This document shows positions 38,412-48,668 of a stretch of 54,430 bases of DNA, piece after piece; position 1 is the stretch's first letter, and every line of letters begins with the position of its first letter. The stretch is from the IMG/VR virus record IMGVR_UViG_3300020182_003422, positions 1-54,430 of that record; one strand, written 5' to 3'. Both the position numbers and the translations under genes were made by a program. Below the pieces are notes generated by a model. That model had not been told where the DNA came from and did not search any database. It saw only the letters and a program-made list of their open reading frames with translations. This DNA comes from a virus (taxonomy: Duplodnaviria > Caudoviricetes).

Positions 38412-38430
38412 AATACTTATTTACACATAT

Positions 38431-38952
38431 TTAATTGTAGTAACCATCTAATTCTGAATGCTGTCCGCTTGCAGGGGCATCTGCGCCCGCAACTTGATTG
38501 GGTTTTGCGCCATATAGATTATAAGAATGAACCAAAGTCTTAACTCTTTCTTGGGACGCCAAATAAGCCTCTTGATAATTTTTAGCGGTAACGTTCTTAT
38601 TTGATTTTTGAATCATTGAATCTCCTTCTTTTATTACTTGAAAATCTGGAACCCCGCCACTGCCATCAATACCTCTAAGAACTCTTCTATGAGCTTTTCT
38701 GTTGTATTCAGATAAATACAACTCCCTCATTATAGATTGCTCCTCCAACTTAAATTCTACAGGGTTATCTCCGCTCATGGAAGTATAAATTAAGTTATTC
38801 AACTCCCCTAAGTGACCTTCAACCCAGCCAGATATTAACGTAATTTCAGTGTCTCTTTCTACTCCATGCCCAAAAAAACCCAACTCTTGGTCGTAAATTT
38901 TCTCTGCAAGCTGGCCAATATTTGTTTGTGGACTAATTCCTGAATGAGGCAT
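38431..38952 (-). CDS. Hypothetical virion protein (possible head-tail adaptor)
   Basis: 173 aa, downstream of the capsid gene. Function inferred from synteny only. Confidence 0.5.
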   Translation of the reverse strand: MPHSGISPQTNIGQLAEKIYDQELGFFGHGVERDTEITLISGWVEGHLGELNNLIYTSMSGDNPVEFKLEEQSIMRELYLSEYNRKAHRRVLRGIDGSGGVPDFQVIKEGDSMIQKSNKNVTAKNYQEAYLASQERVKTLVHSYNLYGAKPNQVAGADAPASGQHSELDGYYN

Positions 38953-38953
38953 A

Positions 38954-39361
38954 CTAATTCCTTAAGTAATCTAAGACTTCTTTATGCTTCGGATTGTTTG
39001 GGTCTAACTTTAACGACTCACCAGCTAATTGAATACTTCCTTGACCAACCAAACTTGTTTCAAAAGCTTTTTTTATTTTATTTCTTAAGACTGTTTTATT
39101 CCCAGAAGGAAACACTCCAACCTTAACAGCTAAAGCCTGCATATCAGTAAGGTTCATATCCGCAATCATGCTTTTAAATACTTCTCTATTTTTTGTCCTG
39201 AATGGACTAATTTTAGGAATGCCCAAAATCTCTTCTAATTCCCTAGCTTTTGAAACTTGCTCATCATAGCTCTTGCCAGTGGTCTGATTTAACTCTTCAA
39301 GCTTTACGCGCTTTCCCGCGCTAGCTTTGCTCGATTTTTTAATTGTTTTTTTATTTGCCAT
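38954..39361 (-). CDS. Hypothetical protein
   Basis: 135-aa ORF with a purine-rich RBS and a GTGTA motif (39391-39395) upstream. Confidence 0.65.
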   Translation of the reverse strand: MANKKTIKKSSKASAGKRVKLEELNQTTGKSYDEQVSKARELEEILGIPKISPFRTKNREVFKSMIADMNLTDMQALAVKVGVFPSGNKTVLRNKIKKAFETSLVGQGSIQLAGESLKLDPNNPKHKEVLDYLRN

Positions 39362-39415
39362 AATTTATACCTTTTTCCTTTGTGTGTTAATACACTTATA
39401 ATATTGATTTTAAAT

Positions 39416-39450
39416 AAAAAATCCACCCCAGTTGCCTGAGGTGGACTTTT
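39416..39450 (-). terminator. Rho-independent terminator after the capsid gene
   Basis: Minus strand reads gtccacctcag-gcaa-ctggggtggat followed by a T-run. Confidence 0.85.
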
Positions 39451-39473
39451 ATAAAACGTTAATTTTATTAAAA

Positions 39474-40682
39474 TTAAACGATAAGACCAAGTAATACCCG
39501 ATCGTCGATGATCATGCGACCCTCTTCAAGAGAACCGTAATAACCAATCTTGGATTGACGTGTTACGAACTGGTCATCAGCGACAAGAGAAAACTCTTCT
39601 CCTGAATCGGAATCTGTAGCTATCGCACGAATCATGGATTCACGAGATAAATCAACACCAACAATAATTTGTTCGCCTGATGCATCAACATCTCCAGCGT
39701 CATCGTAATCTGCATCTGCAGGGATTGAATTATCAATCTGAGCGGCGAAACCAAATTCTGTGCCGCCATTTTGCTGCACAGAGTAATTGTCCGCGAATGT
39801 CTTTCCAGAAGCGGCTGTACCAAAAACAGTATTCCATTTTTGACCAGCGCCCATCTCATTATACTCTTGAATCGATACTCCGTAAAACTCAGGAATTCCA
39901 GCGCTATTAAAAACAGCGTCGCGCATAGAGTCTGTTGCAGCAATTCCGTCTCCAGCAGTTGGTGATCCACCAGCTCCACCAATTGTGTTGATGGGGTTAT
40001 AAGCTAAACCGCGAATTTCTTCTACGATTTCAGGAGATACAAGAATATCTGTAATTCCACGTCCACGACGCTCAGCAGGAGTTCCACCATTCCAAGCTGT
40101 ATTGATACGCTTAGCTTTGGTGAATAACTTGTTAAGGTCGGAAAGAAGAAAACGTCCGGCTTGAGCAGAGCGAATAACATGTTTCTCATTATTCGTTGTA
40201 GCGTTAGCTAAGGCACTCATTATCATAGTTGCAGAAGTCTTTTCTTGTTTAAGAAGGATTTCTTGAGCCATGCGTGTGAATGTTTTGCTTACAACATCAA
40301 GCCTGGAACGAGAAGCGTAACGCTTATCGAAACTCAATGCGCTGTCGAGAGTATAAGTTGTGAACTTAAGCTCGCTCTGCGAAGGAGCAACTTGATTTGT
40401 AGGAAGTCCACCAGGAACTGATTGACTCCAAACTTGGATGTAATCTTCGTCAGTGATATCGTGATAAAGGTCCAATGGAATACTTGGGCTTTCATCAGAA
40501 TTAAACTGAAGAGCTGAGAACATATTGCTTACGGTGGGAGCTGTATTAATAACCTCCGCCAAAACTGGACCGATAAATTCGGCTAATGCAGTTTGAGCTT
40601 CGTATGCAACGTAACTATTTTTCGAAGCCATAGCTTTAATAAGCTCGACTTGCTCGGGGGTTCTATCTAAAGTAATTTTCAT
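39474..40682 (-). CDS. Major capsid protein
   Basis: 402 aa, last gene of a protease-decoration-capsid run, followed by a strong terminator. HK97-like elements: DILVSPEIVEEIR and C-terminal KIGYYGSLEEGRMIIDDR. Confidence 0.8.
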   Translation of the reverse strand: MKITLDRTPEQVELIKAMASKNSYVAYEAQTALAEFIGPVLAEVINTAPTVSNMFSALQFNSDESPSIPLDLYHDITDEDYIQVWSQSVPGGLPTNQVAPSQSELKFTTYTLDSALSFDKRYASRSRLDVVSKTFTRMAQEILLKQEKTSATMIMSALANATTNNEKHVIRSAQAGRFLLSDLNKLFTKAKRINTAWNGGTPAERRGRGITDILVSPEIVEEIRGLAYNPINTIGGAGGSPTAGDGIAATDSMRDAVFNSAGIPEFYGVSIQEYNEMGAGQKWNTVFGTAASGKTFADNYSVQQNGGTEFGFAAQIDNSIPADADYDDAGDVDASGEQIIVGVDLSRESMIRAIATDSDSGEEFSLVADDQFVTRQSKIGYYGSLEEGRMIIDDRVLLGLIV

Positions 40683-40700
40683 TTTTTTATTTTCCCTATG

Positions 40701-41324
40701 TTAGAAACTAATCTTGCAGAGATATTTCTTATTGGACGAATTGTCGCTATCTTCTCCAATAGCGAGTACAGAACCAACAACAGTACCAGATGATGCTGTT
40801 TCAAGTTTTCCTGCTGTGGAAGAAACCTCAAGGTCATCTCCTAAAGCTGGGGCGCTTGCAAAAGCAGAAGCGCTCAAAAGGATAAGTCCTTTGGTCAAAA
40901 CAGGAACTGATTGACCTGGAAGAACGCCTTGAGCTTCGTCTAGTTTTTGTTTGTAAGATATCATCTTCTCTCCGTTTTCATCAAACGCCAAAGTTTCACG
41001 TAAAGTGATTCCTAGCGCTCGTCCGGTGCCATCAGCTGGAGCTACAGTCATACCTGTATTAGCGGGGTATCCGTTGAATCCAATATGAGCGCCACTAAAA
41101 CTTGCACCCAAATAATCACGAAGATTATCTGGAGTAGTTGCACGCAATTCGGAGACCTCACCTGGTAGAGCTCCCGCAGTTACAGAAACAACAACGCCTG
41201 CATCAAAGTCGCCTGTGCCGTTACTTTTGAAATCCGCAAGGGTTTCTCCAGTTACGTCAAGGGCGAACATATTGACAACGTCATGTTCACTGTAATCTCG
41301 GTATGGTAGTATTCTTTTTGCCAT
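40701..41324 (-). CDS. Capsid decoration / head structural protein
   Basis: 207 aa, G/A/T-rich, located between the protease and the capsid gene. ALGITL...VPVLTKG...VVGSVL pattern. Confidence 0.6.
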   Translation of the reverse strand: MAKRILPYRDYSEHDVVNMFALDVTGETLADFKSNGTGDFDAGVVVSVTAGALPGEVSELRATTPDNLRDYLGASFSGAHIGFNGYPANTGMTVAPADGTGRALGITLRETLAFDENGEKMISYKQKLDEAQGVLPGQSVPVLTKGLILLSASAFASAPALGDDLEVSSTAGKLETASSGTVVGSVLAIGEDSDNSSNKKYLCKISF

Positions 41325-41355
41325 AATTTTTTTCTATTATATATTTATATATTTG

Positions 41356-42975
41356 TTAGTATGAAATTTTAACAGATTCTTTAAAAGTCTTTGCGAAACG
41401 ATCGCGAAGAGAATCTGGTTTTGAAGATGAAGACTCATTGTTATTAATTAACGCAGCGCCTTCGGGTTGAACATTCTCAAGAGCTTCGGATACTTCGTCA
41501 ACTTCTTCAGAAGCTTCAGATACTTCAACAACCTCCTGAGGTGTTTCTGTACTCTCGCTAACTTCAGTTGCGCTTGAAGCTTCAAAGTCTTCGACTCTTT
41601 TTTGAACTTCTTGAGCCACTCGATCTTCGAAAGCTTTTTGTTCTGCAGCGATAAAATCTTTATTTTTATGCTTAAAGATCTTTGCTAGTTTTTCTTGATA
41701 GTCGGCAAAACTTTCTTCAGTCCCGTCGAGACCTGAAAGCTCACAAGCTACAATTTTAGAATCATCTTCATCGAGTTGATAAATTTCGTTCAACATTTCC
41801 ATGCGAGCGTTAAAACGCACTTCGGATTCGCGAGCGGCATTTTCTAGCTCAAGAGACTCAAGCTTTTCTTTGGTTGAATTAAGCTGTTCTTCTACTTCAA
41901 GAACTTTGTCTTGGAGAGAGCTTTGGGCTTGGACAGCTTCTTCTTTTTCGGCCTTAGCTTTGTCAAGGTCGGCGATATACTGTTCGCCTTTTTCTCTTAT
42001 AGCTTCAATAAACACCTTAGAGATGCTTGCGACGCTTTCTTCAGAGAATTCTTGCTTGCCAAGCTTTTCGTCTAAAGCTGCGCGGAGTTCGTTTATTATT
42101 TGATCTTTGTCCATAATTAAATTATTATTAGGTTCTTTGTTTAGTACATCTTTCTGAGATGAATGGGAAGTTTTTTTGCTTTTTATAATTATTTTATCTA
42201 TAGGCTCTCTTTTCTCTGGGCGAGGCGCAGGAGCTTCTCCGTGCTCGGCAATTATGCCTTGCACATCAGCTGCGGGGTTGGAAGTAAAACCGATACCTAG
42301 AGGATATATATCTCCAACAATCAAGCGATTGACTTTTCTTCCATCCTTCAATTGTCCTTTACCTCCTAAAGATTTTAAATAAGGAGAGTAAGCCTTCATC
42401 TCCTCTTGATCGGAAATAATGCTTGATTCTAAAAGATCATCTCCTCCAACAGAAATTACATATTCATTAAACCCCACTTCCCAACTTGCGGAAACCGTAT
42501 TATGATAATCGCTTGATTCATCCGTAGAATTAACAACCAGATCCGCAAACTCTTTGCTTGCGGTTCTATAAATCACAGCAGCGAGTGCGATATTGTAAGA
42601 TCCTTGATCCATCAGCGCTTCTTCGTCACTTATCAATTCAGAAGAGTCTCCGTATTTAGAAAAGCCTGCGGAAACAATATGTCCAACAATCCTATCTCGA
42701 TCATGTTCAATATTCGTAGGTTTATGAATAAAATAATCCTTAACAGCTACAGCTGTCTCGCTATCTATTCCGTCTCCGTTTTTATTAAATTTATTCACAA
42801 CTGCAGCATTAAATGCAACAGCTAATAAATCTATATTTCGGTCTAAATCTATATCTGAAGGAATTAAGGGCCTTAGTGATTCGAGAGAAGCTTGGCTGAT
42901 ACTTGTGTCATTAAAATCGCTCGAAGCTACAACTAAATTATCGAAGGTTGTCTTGTATTTGTATGGTGTAGTCAT
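41356..42975 (-). CDS. Prohead protease fused to a scaffold domain
   Basis: NKNGD, KPTNIEH, IVGHI, SASWE and GIGFTSNPA in the N-terminal half, with an acidic coiled-coil C-terminal half. Confidence 0.75.
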   Translation of the reverse strand: MTTPYKYKTTFDNLVVASSDFNDTSISQASLESLRPLIPSDIDLDRNIDLLAVAFNAAVVNKFNKNGDGIDSETAVAVKDYFIHKPTNIEHDRDRIVGHIVSAGFSKYGDSSELISDEEALMDQGSYNIALAAVIYRTASKEFADLVVNSTDESSDYHNTVSASWEVGFNEYVISVGGDDLLESSIISDQEEMKAYSPYLKSLGGKGQLKDGRKVNRLIVGDIYPLGIGFTSNPAADVQGIIAEHGEAPAPRPEKREPIDKIIIKSKKTSHSSQKDVLNKEPNNNLIMDKDQIINELRAALDEKLGKQEFSEESVASISKVFIEAIREKGEQYIADLDKAKAEKEEAVQAQSSLQDKVLEVEEQLNSTKEKLESLELENAARESEVRFNARMEMLNEIYQLDEDDSKIVACELSGLDGTEESFADYQEKLAKIFKHKNKDFIAAEQKAFEDRVAQEVQKRVEDFEASSATEVSESTETPQEVVEVSEASEEVDEVSEALENVQPEGAALINNNESSSSKPDSLRDRFAKTFKESVKISY

Positions 42976-42992
42976 TTAAATTAAATATACAC

Positions 42993-44864
42993 CTAGTTTA
43001 TAAACATGGGAGTAAAGGTGTAATTTACATTCTGGGTCCTTACATTCATCATATCATAATAAAGTTTAATCATCCAATTTCCAAGTATCAAAGCTGAATA
43101 GCTGTCCTTCCTAGCCTTTTCTGGTCCGGTCTGGCGCTTCAAACTAGGAGGAAGGTCAAAAGTTTGAGTGCCTCCTGCGGAAGTTGATATCTGAATTAAA
43201 GAACATTCAGTTTTTGTTAAATTTAACATATCAAACTGGTGTTCAACAAAATCAATCATCTTTGCGGCATTAGTCTGCCTCTCTAAACTCTGAGAGGTTT
43301 TTAGAAAACTTAAATCTTTTATCGGGATTTTCTTGTTCCTCTGTTCGTTATAAGCGTCATCAATAGCTCTTGATGCAAAATATATTCTGTGGTGATCGAA
43401 ATTTGCCTGAAGCAATTCGTTGGCGACTCTTATCCACTGACTTGTAGGCTTCCTTAAATAACAAATAGTTTTATCTTCTAGGTTATACTCTCCCTTTCCC
43501 TCTAGCAACTTCTTCTGATAATTTTCTATATCATCAAAGTTTGTATTTATACATTTTATATTTAATTTATTAGTCTTAAATAAGCTACTCTCATTACATG
43601 CATTTATAAACTGAACTCCTCCATTATAATCTCCAATAATAGATACAATATTAAAATGAGTAAGTAAATAATGAAAATAAAATATATGCTGTCTTAAATT
43701 CGCGCCAGACAAAGCGTAACTATGAACAACTGTTCCTATTTTCTTTTCGTCGTTCAATTTTAATACCATCATTGCAAAATCATCACTACTTTCACTTTCT
43801 GCCCAACTGGGGTCAAACGCAAGGATATACTTAGCGCCAACTTCTCCAGCAACTTCAATAGTCGGAGAGGCTCCCTCTTTTAATGTGCAGTCTGCCATTT
43901 TTGATGTTTTAAAATAACCGCTACTATCGTCTGTAAATATAGATCCAAACTCTCGATCGAACTGGCTTTGACTCATTGTAGATTTTGCTTGTTCTAGTAG
44001 ATTTTTATCATAAAGTTGTCGCGGGGCGCAATCATAACTAAACTGCATAATAATCCTATGAGCGTCAGACTCTTTATCTCCCCCGGTTTTGATCAAATTC
44101 TCGAACTGCTCATAAGCTTTGTACATATATTCAAATTTGTAACTGGCAGATGAAAGAGCTATAAGCTTATTGTTTGGCCATATGTGCCTGTCGCCCTCAT
44201 TCATTTTACCTGTATCAATCAGCTCTGTTTCTAGATTATAAAGTTCCTCCCTTTGTGTCGGGTTTTCAACCACGCTCAAAAAGGGAATAATAACTTCGTT
44301 ATAAATGCGTTCGGGCATAAGAGCAAACTCATCAATAATAATCCTATGAAAACGGAATCCGCGAAGTTTCTCGCCGTCACCAAGAGGCAAAGCTCTTATT
44401 CTTGAACTGCCAATTTCTAGCAACCACTCATCATTGTTTTTGGATTTATGAGTAATACATTGAGATAAATAGTGAGCGCCAGGCTTTGCAGCGATATCTT
44501 CTATTTTTTTGAAAATCATTTTCGCTTGACGGAAAGACTTGGAGAGGATGCCGATCTCAACCCCTTGATTTAATATTGCTTCAAGGTATGCGTATATAGC
44601 TGTAGTGAACGACTTACTCATTCCTCGACTCCACACACCCATAAAGTAATCGGTTTCAAACATGGACTTAATTGCCATATGCTGAAAAGGAAACAGCTTA
44701 ACCCCACTAATCAAGTCAGCAGTAAAAGTAATGTTTTCTCTTAAGAATTTATAGAGCAAAATTTTAGCTTCCTTTTCCTCGATAAATCCAGTCAGCTTTA
44801 AAAGCTCTTTGTTAAAATCCTCTTTGGACCTTCTTGATATTTGTTTTCCTGTCTCCCAAGCCAT
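42993..44864 (-). CDS. Terminase large subunit
   Basis: LFPFQ, Walker A SRGMSKS, LRGFRFHRIIIDE, coupling motif LSSA, nuclease LAFDP and KDSYSA. Confidence 0.9.
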   Translation of the reverse strand: MAWETGKQISRRSKEDFNKELLKLTGFIEEKEAKILLYKFLRENITFTADLISGVKLFPFQHMAIKSMFETDYFMGVWSRGMSKSFTTAIYAYLEAILNQGVEIGILSKSFRQAKMIFKKIEDIAAKPGAHYLSQCITHKSKNNDEWLLEIGSSRIRALPLGDGEKLRGFRFHRIIIDEFALMPERIYNEVIIPFLSVVENPTQREELYNLETELIDTGKMNEGDRHIWPNNKLIALSSASYKFEYMYKAYEQFENLIKTGGDKESDAHRIIMQFSYDCAPRQLYDKNLLEQAKSTMSQSQFDREFGSIFTDDSSGYFKTSKMADCTLKEGASPTIEVAGEVGAKYILAFDPSWAESESSDDFAMMVLKLNDEKKIGTVVHSYALSGANLRQHIFYFHYLLTHFNIVSIIGDYNGGVQFINACNESSLFKTNKLNIKCINTNFDDIENYQKKLLEGKGEYNLEDKTICYLRKPTSQWIRVANELLQANFDHHRIYFASRAIDDAYNEQRNKKIPIKDLSFLKTSQSLERQTNAAKMIDFVEHQFDMLNLTKTECSLIQISTSAGGTQTFDLPPSLKRQTGPEKARKDSYSALILGNWMIKLYYDMMNVRTQNVNYTFTPMFIN

Positions 44865-45781
44865 TATATTAATTTGTTATCTATGTAATATTGTAAATCA
44901 ACATCCCATATTTTCTTACCTAATGTTAAAATTTTTGGAATTAACCTTTCACTTTCTTCCCTACTTCCGCTAAAAACGAACTGGCAACTCCCCGCGAATT
45001 CATGAGCGAGGACTCTCATATTGTGATAAATATATTTCATGTTTGATCTGTGAGGGGCCCATTTATTATTCTTCTCTAAATTAAATAAATCGCTCTCAGT
45101 GAGAATAAACAAATAGCTATCAAAGTCTCTAGCTCTTTGGAGCTCGGACTTGAACCTATCGTAGCTATTTTTACTCAGTGTAGACTTAAAGTCTTGCTCG
45201 CTCTTTCTATCCACATAAGTATAATCATAATCAGACCCGCCAACAGCATAATCGCCAAAATCTAATTTCAATAAATCGGAGTTCTTAAACTCCAAAGGTT
45301 GCTGCTCTCTGGTATCTATAAAAATCTGCGTATCTGGATTGACCTCATCGTCCCACTCTTTGGGTAACCTCGAGCGAAACATCGGTAAAGCGTTAATTTC
45401 CTTACAAGCGTAGGTATAAGACTTAAAATATTTTTGATACACCTCTACTCCGGGCATATCATTAACGACAAGCTCTAAATGAAACGGGGCAAACCTCAAG
45501 CCTTTTTCTTTTATTCTGCTTTTAAGTATCTGCAGAATATATTTCTTCACAACCTCTTCATCTTCAGCGTCACACCATTGCATTAATTGTTCTCGAGAAG
45601 AAAAGTCTTTCCCAAAATATTGATCTTTATTTTTGAACGGAAGAGGGTCTCCAGTTAATAAATTAAACCTTGGGAAATATTTTGTATAATACTCCGCAAG
45701 AGTTATCTTGTGAGATCTAAGATGAAAATGAAGCTCTTTGCACTGAGCAAATTCGCTGGAGCATATTTTGCATATATTCAT
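44864..45781 (-). CDS. ERCC4/XPF-domain nuclease with an N-terminal C2H2 zinc finger
   Basis: CKIC...HLRSH, then IFIDTREQ, GDY, VDRKS and RFKSELQR. Confidence 0.8.
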   Translation of the reverse strand: MNICKICSSEFAQCKELHFHLRSHKITLAEYYTKYFPRFNLLTGDPLPFKNKDQYFGKDFSSREQLMQWCDAEDEEVVKKYILQILKSRIKEKGLRFAPFHLELVVNDMPGVEVYQKYFKSYTYACKEINALPMFRSRLPKEWDDEVNPDTQIFIDTREQQPLEFKNSDLLKLDFGDYAVGGSDYDYTYVDRKSEQDFKSTLSKNSYDRFKSELQRARDFDSYLFILTESDLFNLEKNNKWAPHRSNMKYIYHNMRVLAHEFAGSCQFVFSGSREESERLIPKILTLGKKIWDVDLQYYIDNKLI

Positions 45782-46452
45782 AATTCAAAATCGTAAACCT
45801 TCAACCAGCTTTCGTCAAACCGCCTGCGAGCTCCTAACATCCCCCTTCTCTGCAAGAACCAAAAAGCCCTAACAAATACGCTTGCTATATTCAACTTAAG
45901 ACCACTACTATTTATTACGCTTGGACTATCAGAATAAAGCCTCCTATATAATATTGAAAAACAATTATTAGACATAGTGCAATTTGTTATATTTACATTT
46001 CTTACCTTTGGTCGGTCTGCATCATCATAGTCAGACCAATTCCCTAAATCTATGCAGGCGCCATTCCACCAGTTTCTAACAGGGTTAACAAATTTACAAT
46101 TTATAAAATTAACATTCCTAACTCCAGATTTACAGGTAATATGTTGAGCTGAGTTTTGCGATATGAACGTGCAATTTTCAAAAAAGATATTCTCTCCCCT
46201 GACTATATCTACGCAGTCCTCGTAGCCGCCTAGTATACAAGAGTTTTTTACCGAGACGTTTCTACAGAACGAAAGTTTTAATCCTTCAGACACTCCCCTT
46301 CCGTCTATAGTGCAAGAATCTATTTCTATAGAAAATTCTTCTTGCCCAGGCCTCCACGCAAAACCCAGGGCATTCTTATCATTAAATTTAGATTGAGAGT
46401 CCTCCTTCTGTTGTGGTGAAAAATATTTATCTTTAATAACAACCTTCTTCAT
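45778..46452 (-). CDS. Right-handed beta-helix (pectate-lyase-like fold) protein
   Basis: Repeated NVxIxNC-type motifs and EDCVDI. Confidence 0.7.
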   Translation of the reverse strand: MKKVVIKDKYFSPQQKEDSQSKFNDKNALGFAWRPGQEEFSIEIDSCTIDGRGVSEGLKLSFCRNVSVKNSCILGGYEDCVDIVRGENIFFENCTFISQNSAQHITCKSGVRNVNFINCKFVNPVRNWWNGACIDLGNWSDYDDADRPKVRNVNITNCTMSNNCFSILYRRLYSDSPSVINSSGLKLNIASVFVRAFWFLQRRGMLGARRRFDESWLKVYDFEL

Positions 46453-46511
46453 ACTTATTTATTGCTGACGAACTGTTTTATTTACTTTGCAATCGTAAAG
46501 CTAAATTTTTA

Positions 46512-47564
46512 CTATACAGCATCATCCTTAGATATTCCCAGCACTCTAGCCTTCCAGTCAGGCATGGACTCCAAATGGTCAGCCTCTTCTTTTGCCGCCT
46601 TTTTCTGAAGCTGGGCGATCTTAATCATCACCTTCCTCTCCTCCTCTTCTTGAAACAATTGCACTAAGGACAGAATGCTAGCGTTTTGCTTGTGTTGAGA
46701 AGATACCCTTTTAGATCTATCGCCCTGAAGCTTTTGAATCAGCGACTCCATCCTTTTCTCGCACTGATTATACTCCTCGCTTTTGGTTTTTAGTAGCTCT
46801 GCGAGCCTGACAGTTAAATCTTGTTGATCTTCTGCGTCATTGAACATTCTATTTAATTTATTCATGGCGCCCTGAATGTTCTTTAAGTGAATATAATCCA
46901 TGCACACATTGATATATAAATTAATTTCGTCGTTGCTCAGGTCAGGCTTGTCCCAGGTAGCTCTAACAAATTCTGCCTCAAATAAGTCTCGATCTTCCTG
47001 GCCGTCGTATGTATTTATTACCTGTATAAATCTTGGAGAAGACAAAAAATTGGCAAGAGATTCGATACTTTTTCGTTCAGACATCGTTAGTTTATCTTCG
47101 TTAATTTTTCGCTGGCAACAGTCGTTTATTTTTTTAATTATTTTACTTTCCGCTCTAGGTGGAGAATACCTTCTATGAATAGCGTCCTCTATTGCGGGAA
47201 CCTTTATACCTTCGCTACTGTCGACATACTGGAAAACCGCAAGATATTCTTGGCTTAATTTAGTGATCCTTAGATCGGGAAATAAGATCCCAGCGATCTG
47301 CCCACAATTCATTCCGTCCTTAATTGACTGAGTGGTGAATTCTTTCTGCTCGTCAGACAAGCTTATCGCCTCCTTTGACTCAAAGTGCTTGGTTTCGTAT
47401 GTTATTTTATTTTCCGATAAAAAAGATCTTACAGCGCGCCCTTCCTTACTCCTGCCATCCACTTTCTCTGCTTCAGGAAACGCTATGCGGGTTAATTCGG
47501 TCAGATCCGAAATTGATTCAGAGCTTTCCTGGACTCTTCGCCTTTGCTCTGCATTTAGCTCCAT
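46512..47564 (-). CDS. Hypothetical coiled-coil protein
   Basis: 350-aa ORF in the sigma-terminase run. No recognisable motif. Confidence 0.65.
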   Translation of the reverse strand: MELNAEQRRRVQESSESISDLTELTRIAFPEAEKVDGRSKEGRAVRSFLSENKITYETKHFESKEAISLSDEQKEFTTQSIKDGMNCGQIAGILFPDLRITKLSQEYLAVFQYVDSSEGIKVPAIEDAIHRRYSPPRAESKIIKKINDCCQRKINEDKLTMSERKSIESLANFLSSPRFIQVINTYDGQEDRDLFEAEFVRATWDKPDLSNDEINLYINVCMDYIHLKNIQGAMNKLNRMFNDAEDQQDLTVRLAELLKTKSEEYNQCEKRMESLIQKLQGDRSKRVSSQHKQNASILSLVQLFQEEEERKVMIKIAQLQKKAAKEEADHLESMPDWKARVLGISKDDAV

Positions 47565-48298
47565 GGCGTAACAGCTCTAACGGAAATTATATCCTCTGTC
47601 TTCAATATTTCTTGAGCTTTTTGCTTAAATATCTTTTTGAGGTTTTTTATTTGTTTGTACCCCGCCTTTCGGCCCTTCTCGCTAGTTTTGTAACCCATTT
47701 TTTCAGCGACCACTTCTTCGTCGATATGTTTTATAAAAATCAAATCGTAGACGATATATTGCTTAGCTGAAAGAGCTTTCTTCATGCATTTGTTTAGTTT
47801 TTCCTGAGCGTCAACGATATTGAAATTATGGTCTTCCATTGAGTGAACTTCGTGACTATGATTCTCAAGAGCTAATGCCATTTTTATTCCGTATGCAGAT
47901 TTTTTCGTACGCTCCCACTTCAAATACAAAGGGCACGACGAGTCTTGCAACCCTGTTTTCGTAAAGCCGCACAGCGAAGCCTCTCCTCCATCTTTAGTCG
48001 CGCAAGATTGATTGAATGGGCAGTTAAGGCACGGCCTAACGAAGTTGCTGTAATTATTTCGCAGGATATTCTTCATCTGATTGGTTATTATTTTATTTAT
48101 CCAAGGCTTCAAGGATCTCTTTTGGTCCCATTGGTGCCATTTTTTATGGATATGAGCTTTAATTATTTGCTCTACATCCTCAAAATCAAACCAGGCCAAT
48201 GAATCCAAGAACCACTTACCTCGCCTTTTTCTAACCTCTAAATCAATTTCGTCAGACTTATCCTCGTATATAAATTGAGAAGACTTAGGATTCGTCAC
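47555..48298 (-). CDS. Phage sigma70-family sigma factor with a Cys-rich insertion
   Basis: Region-2-like FEDVEQII...WDQKRSLKPWINKIITNQMKNILR and region-4-like LSAKQYIVYDLIFIKHIDEEVVAEKMGY. Confidence 0.75.
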   Translation of the reverse strand: MTNPKSSQFIYEDKSDEIDLEVRKRRGKWFLDSLAWFDFEDVEQIIKAHIHKKWHQWDQKRSLKPWINKIITNQMKNILRNNYSNFVRPCLNCPFNQSCATKDGGEASLCGFTKTGLQDSSCPLYLKWERTKKSAYGIKMALALENHSHEVHSMEDHNFNIVDAQEKLNKCMKKALSAKQYIVYDLIFIKHIDEEVVAEKMGYKTSEKGRKAGYKQIKNLKKIFKQKAQEILKTEDIISVRAVTPWS

Positions 48299-48635
48299 TT
48301 TTTTTGGTATTTTCTTTTATGTGCTCAATCTCGCCTAATGGAATTATATCTTTCAAGCTGAACTTATTGCGATCTTTTTCAATAGAGTAGGATAATTTGG
48401 ATATGTTCGGAACTTCATATATATCCAAACCGTCCGGATCGTCATCACTTAAGTCTCGTCTTGATCGGGCGCTTCTAATTTTTTTAGACTCACCTCGTGA
48501 GGTGGAAGTTTTATTTACTCCCTTTGCTTTAGAATAAGAAAGCCCCAAGGGCGAGGCGCATCCGCCACAAAACTTGGGAGGCTGAATTGAAAACATGTTT
48601 TTAAAACCGCATTGCGGACAGTAAGAGAAGGACAT
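48285..48635 (-). CDS. Zinc-ribbon protein
   Basis: YCPQCG...KFCGGCASPL. Confidence 0.75.
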   Translation of the reverse strand: MSFSYCPQCGFKNMFSIQPPKFCGGCASPLGLSYSKAKGVNKTSTSRGESKKIRSARSRRDLSDDDPDGLDIYEVPNISKLSYSIEKDRNKFSLKDIIPLGEIEHIKENTKKSDES

Positions 48636-48640
48636 GTTAT

Positions 48641-48668
48641 ATTATAACCTTAAAAAAAATTATATCAA
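48641..48668 (-). promoter_or_regulatory. sigma70-type promoter (leaderless) for the zinc-ribbon / sigma operon
   Basis: Minus strand TTGATA-16 nt-TATAAT, 5 nt before ATG 48635. Confidence 0.6.

Noticed and set aside
11330-44864. Inteins or introns in DnaB, NrdA, DnaE or terminase
   Set aside because: Lengths are normal and motifs contiguous. No intein termini or homing endonuclease motifs were noticed.
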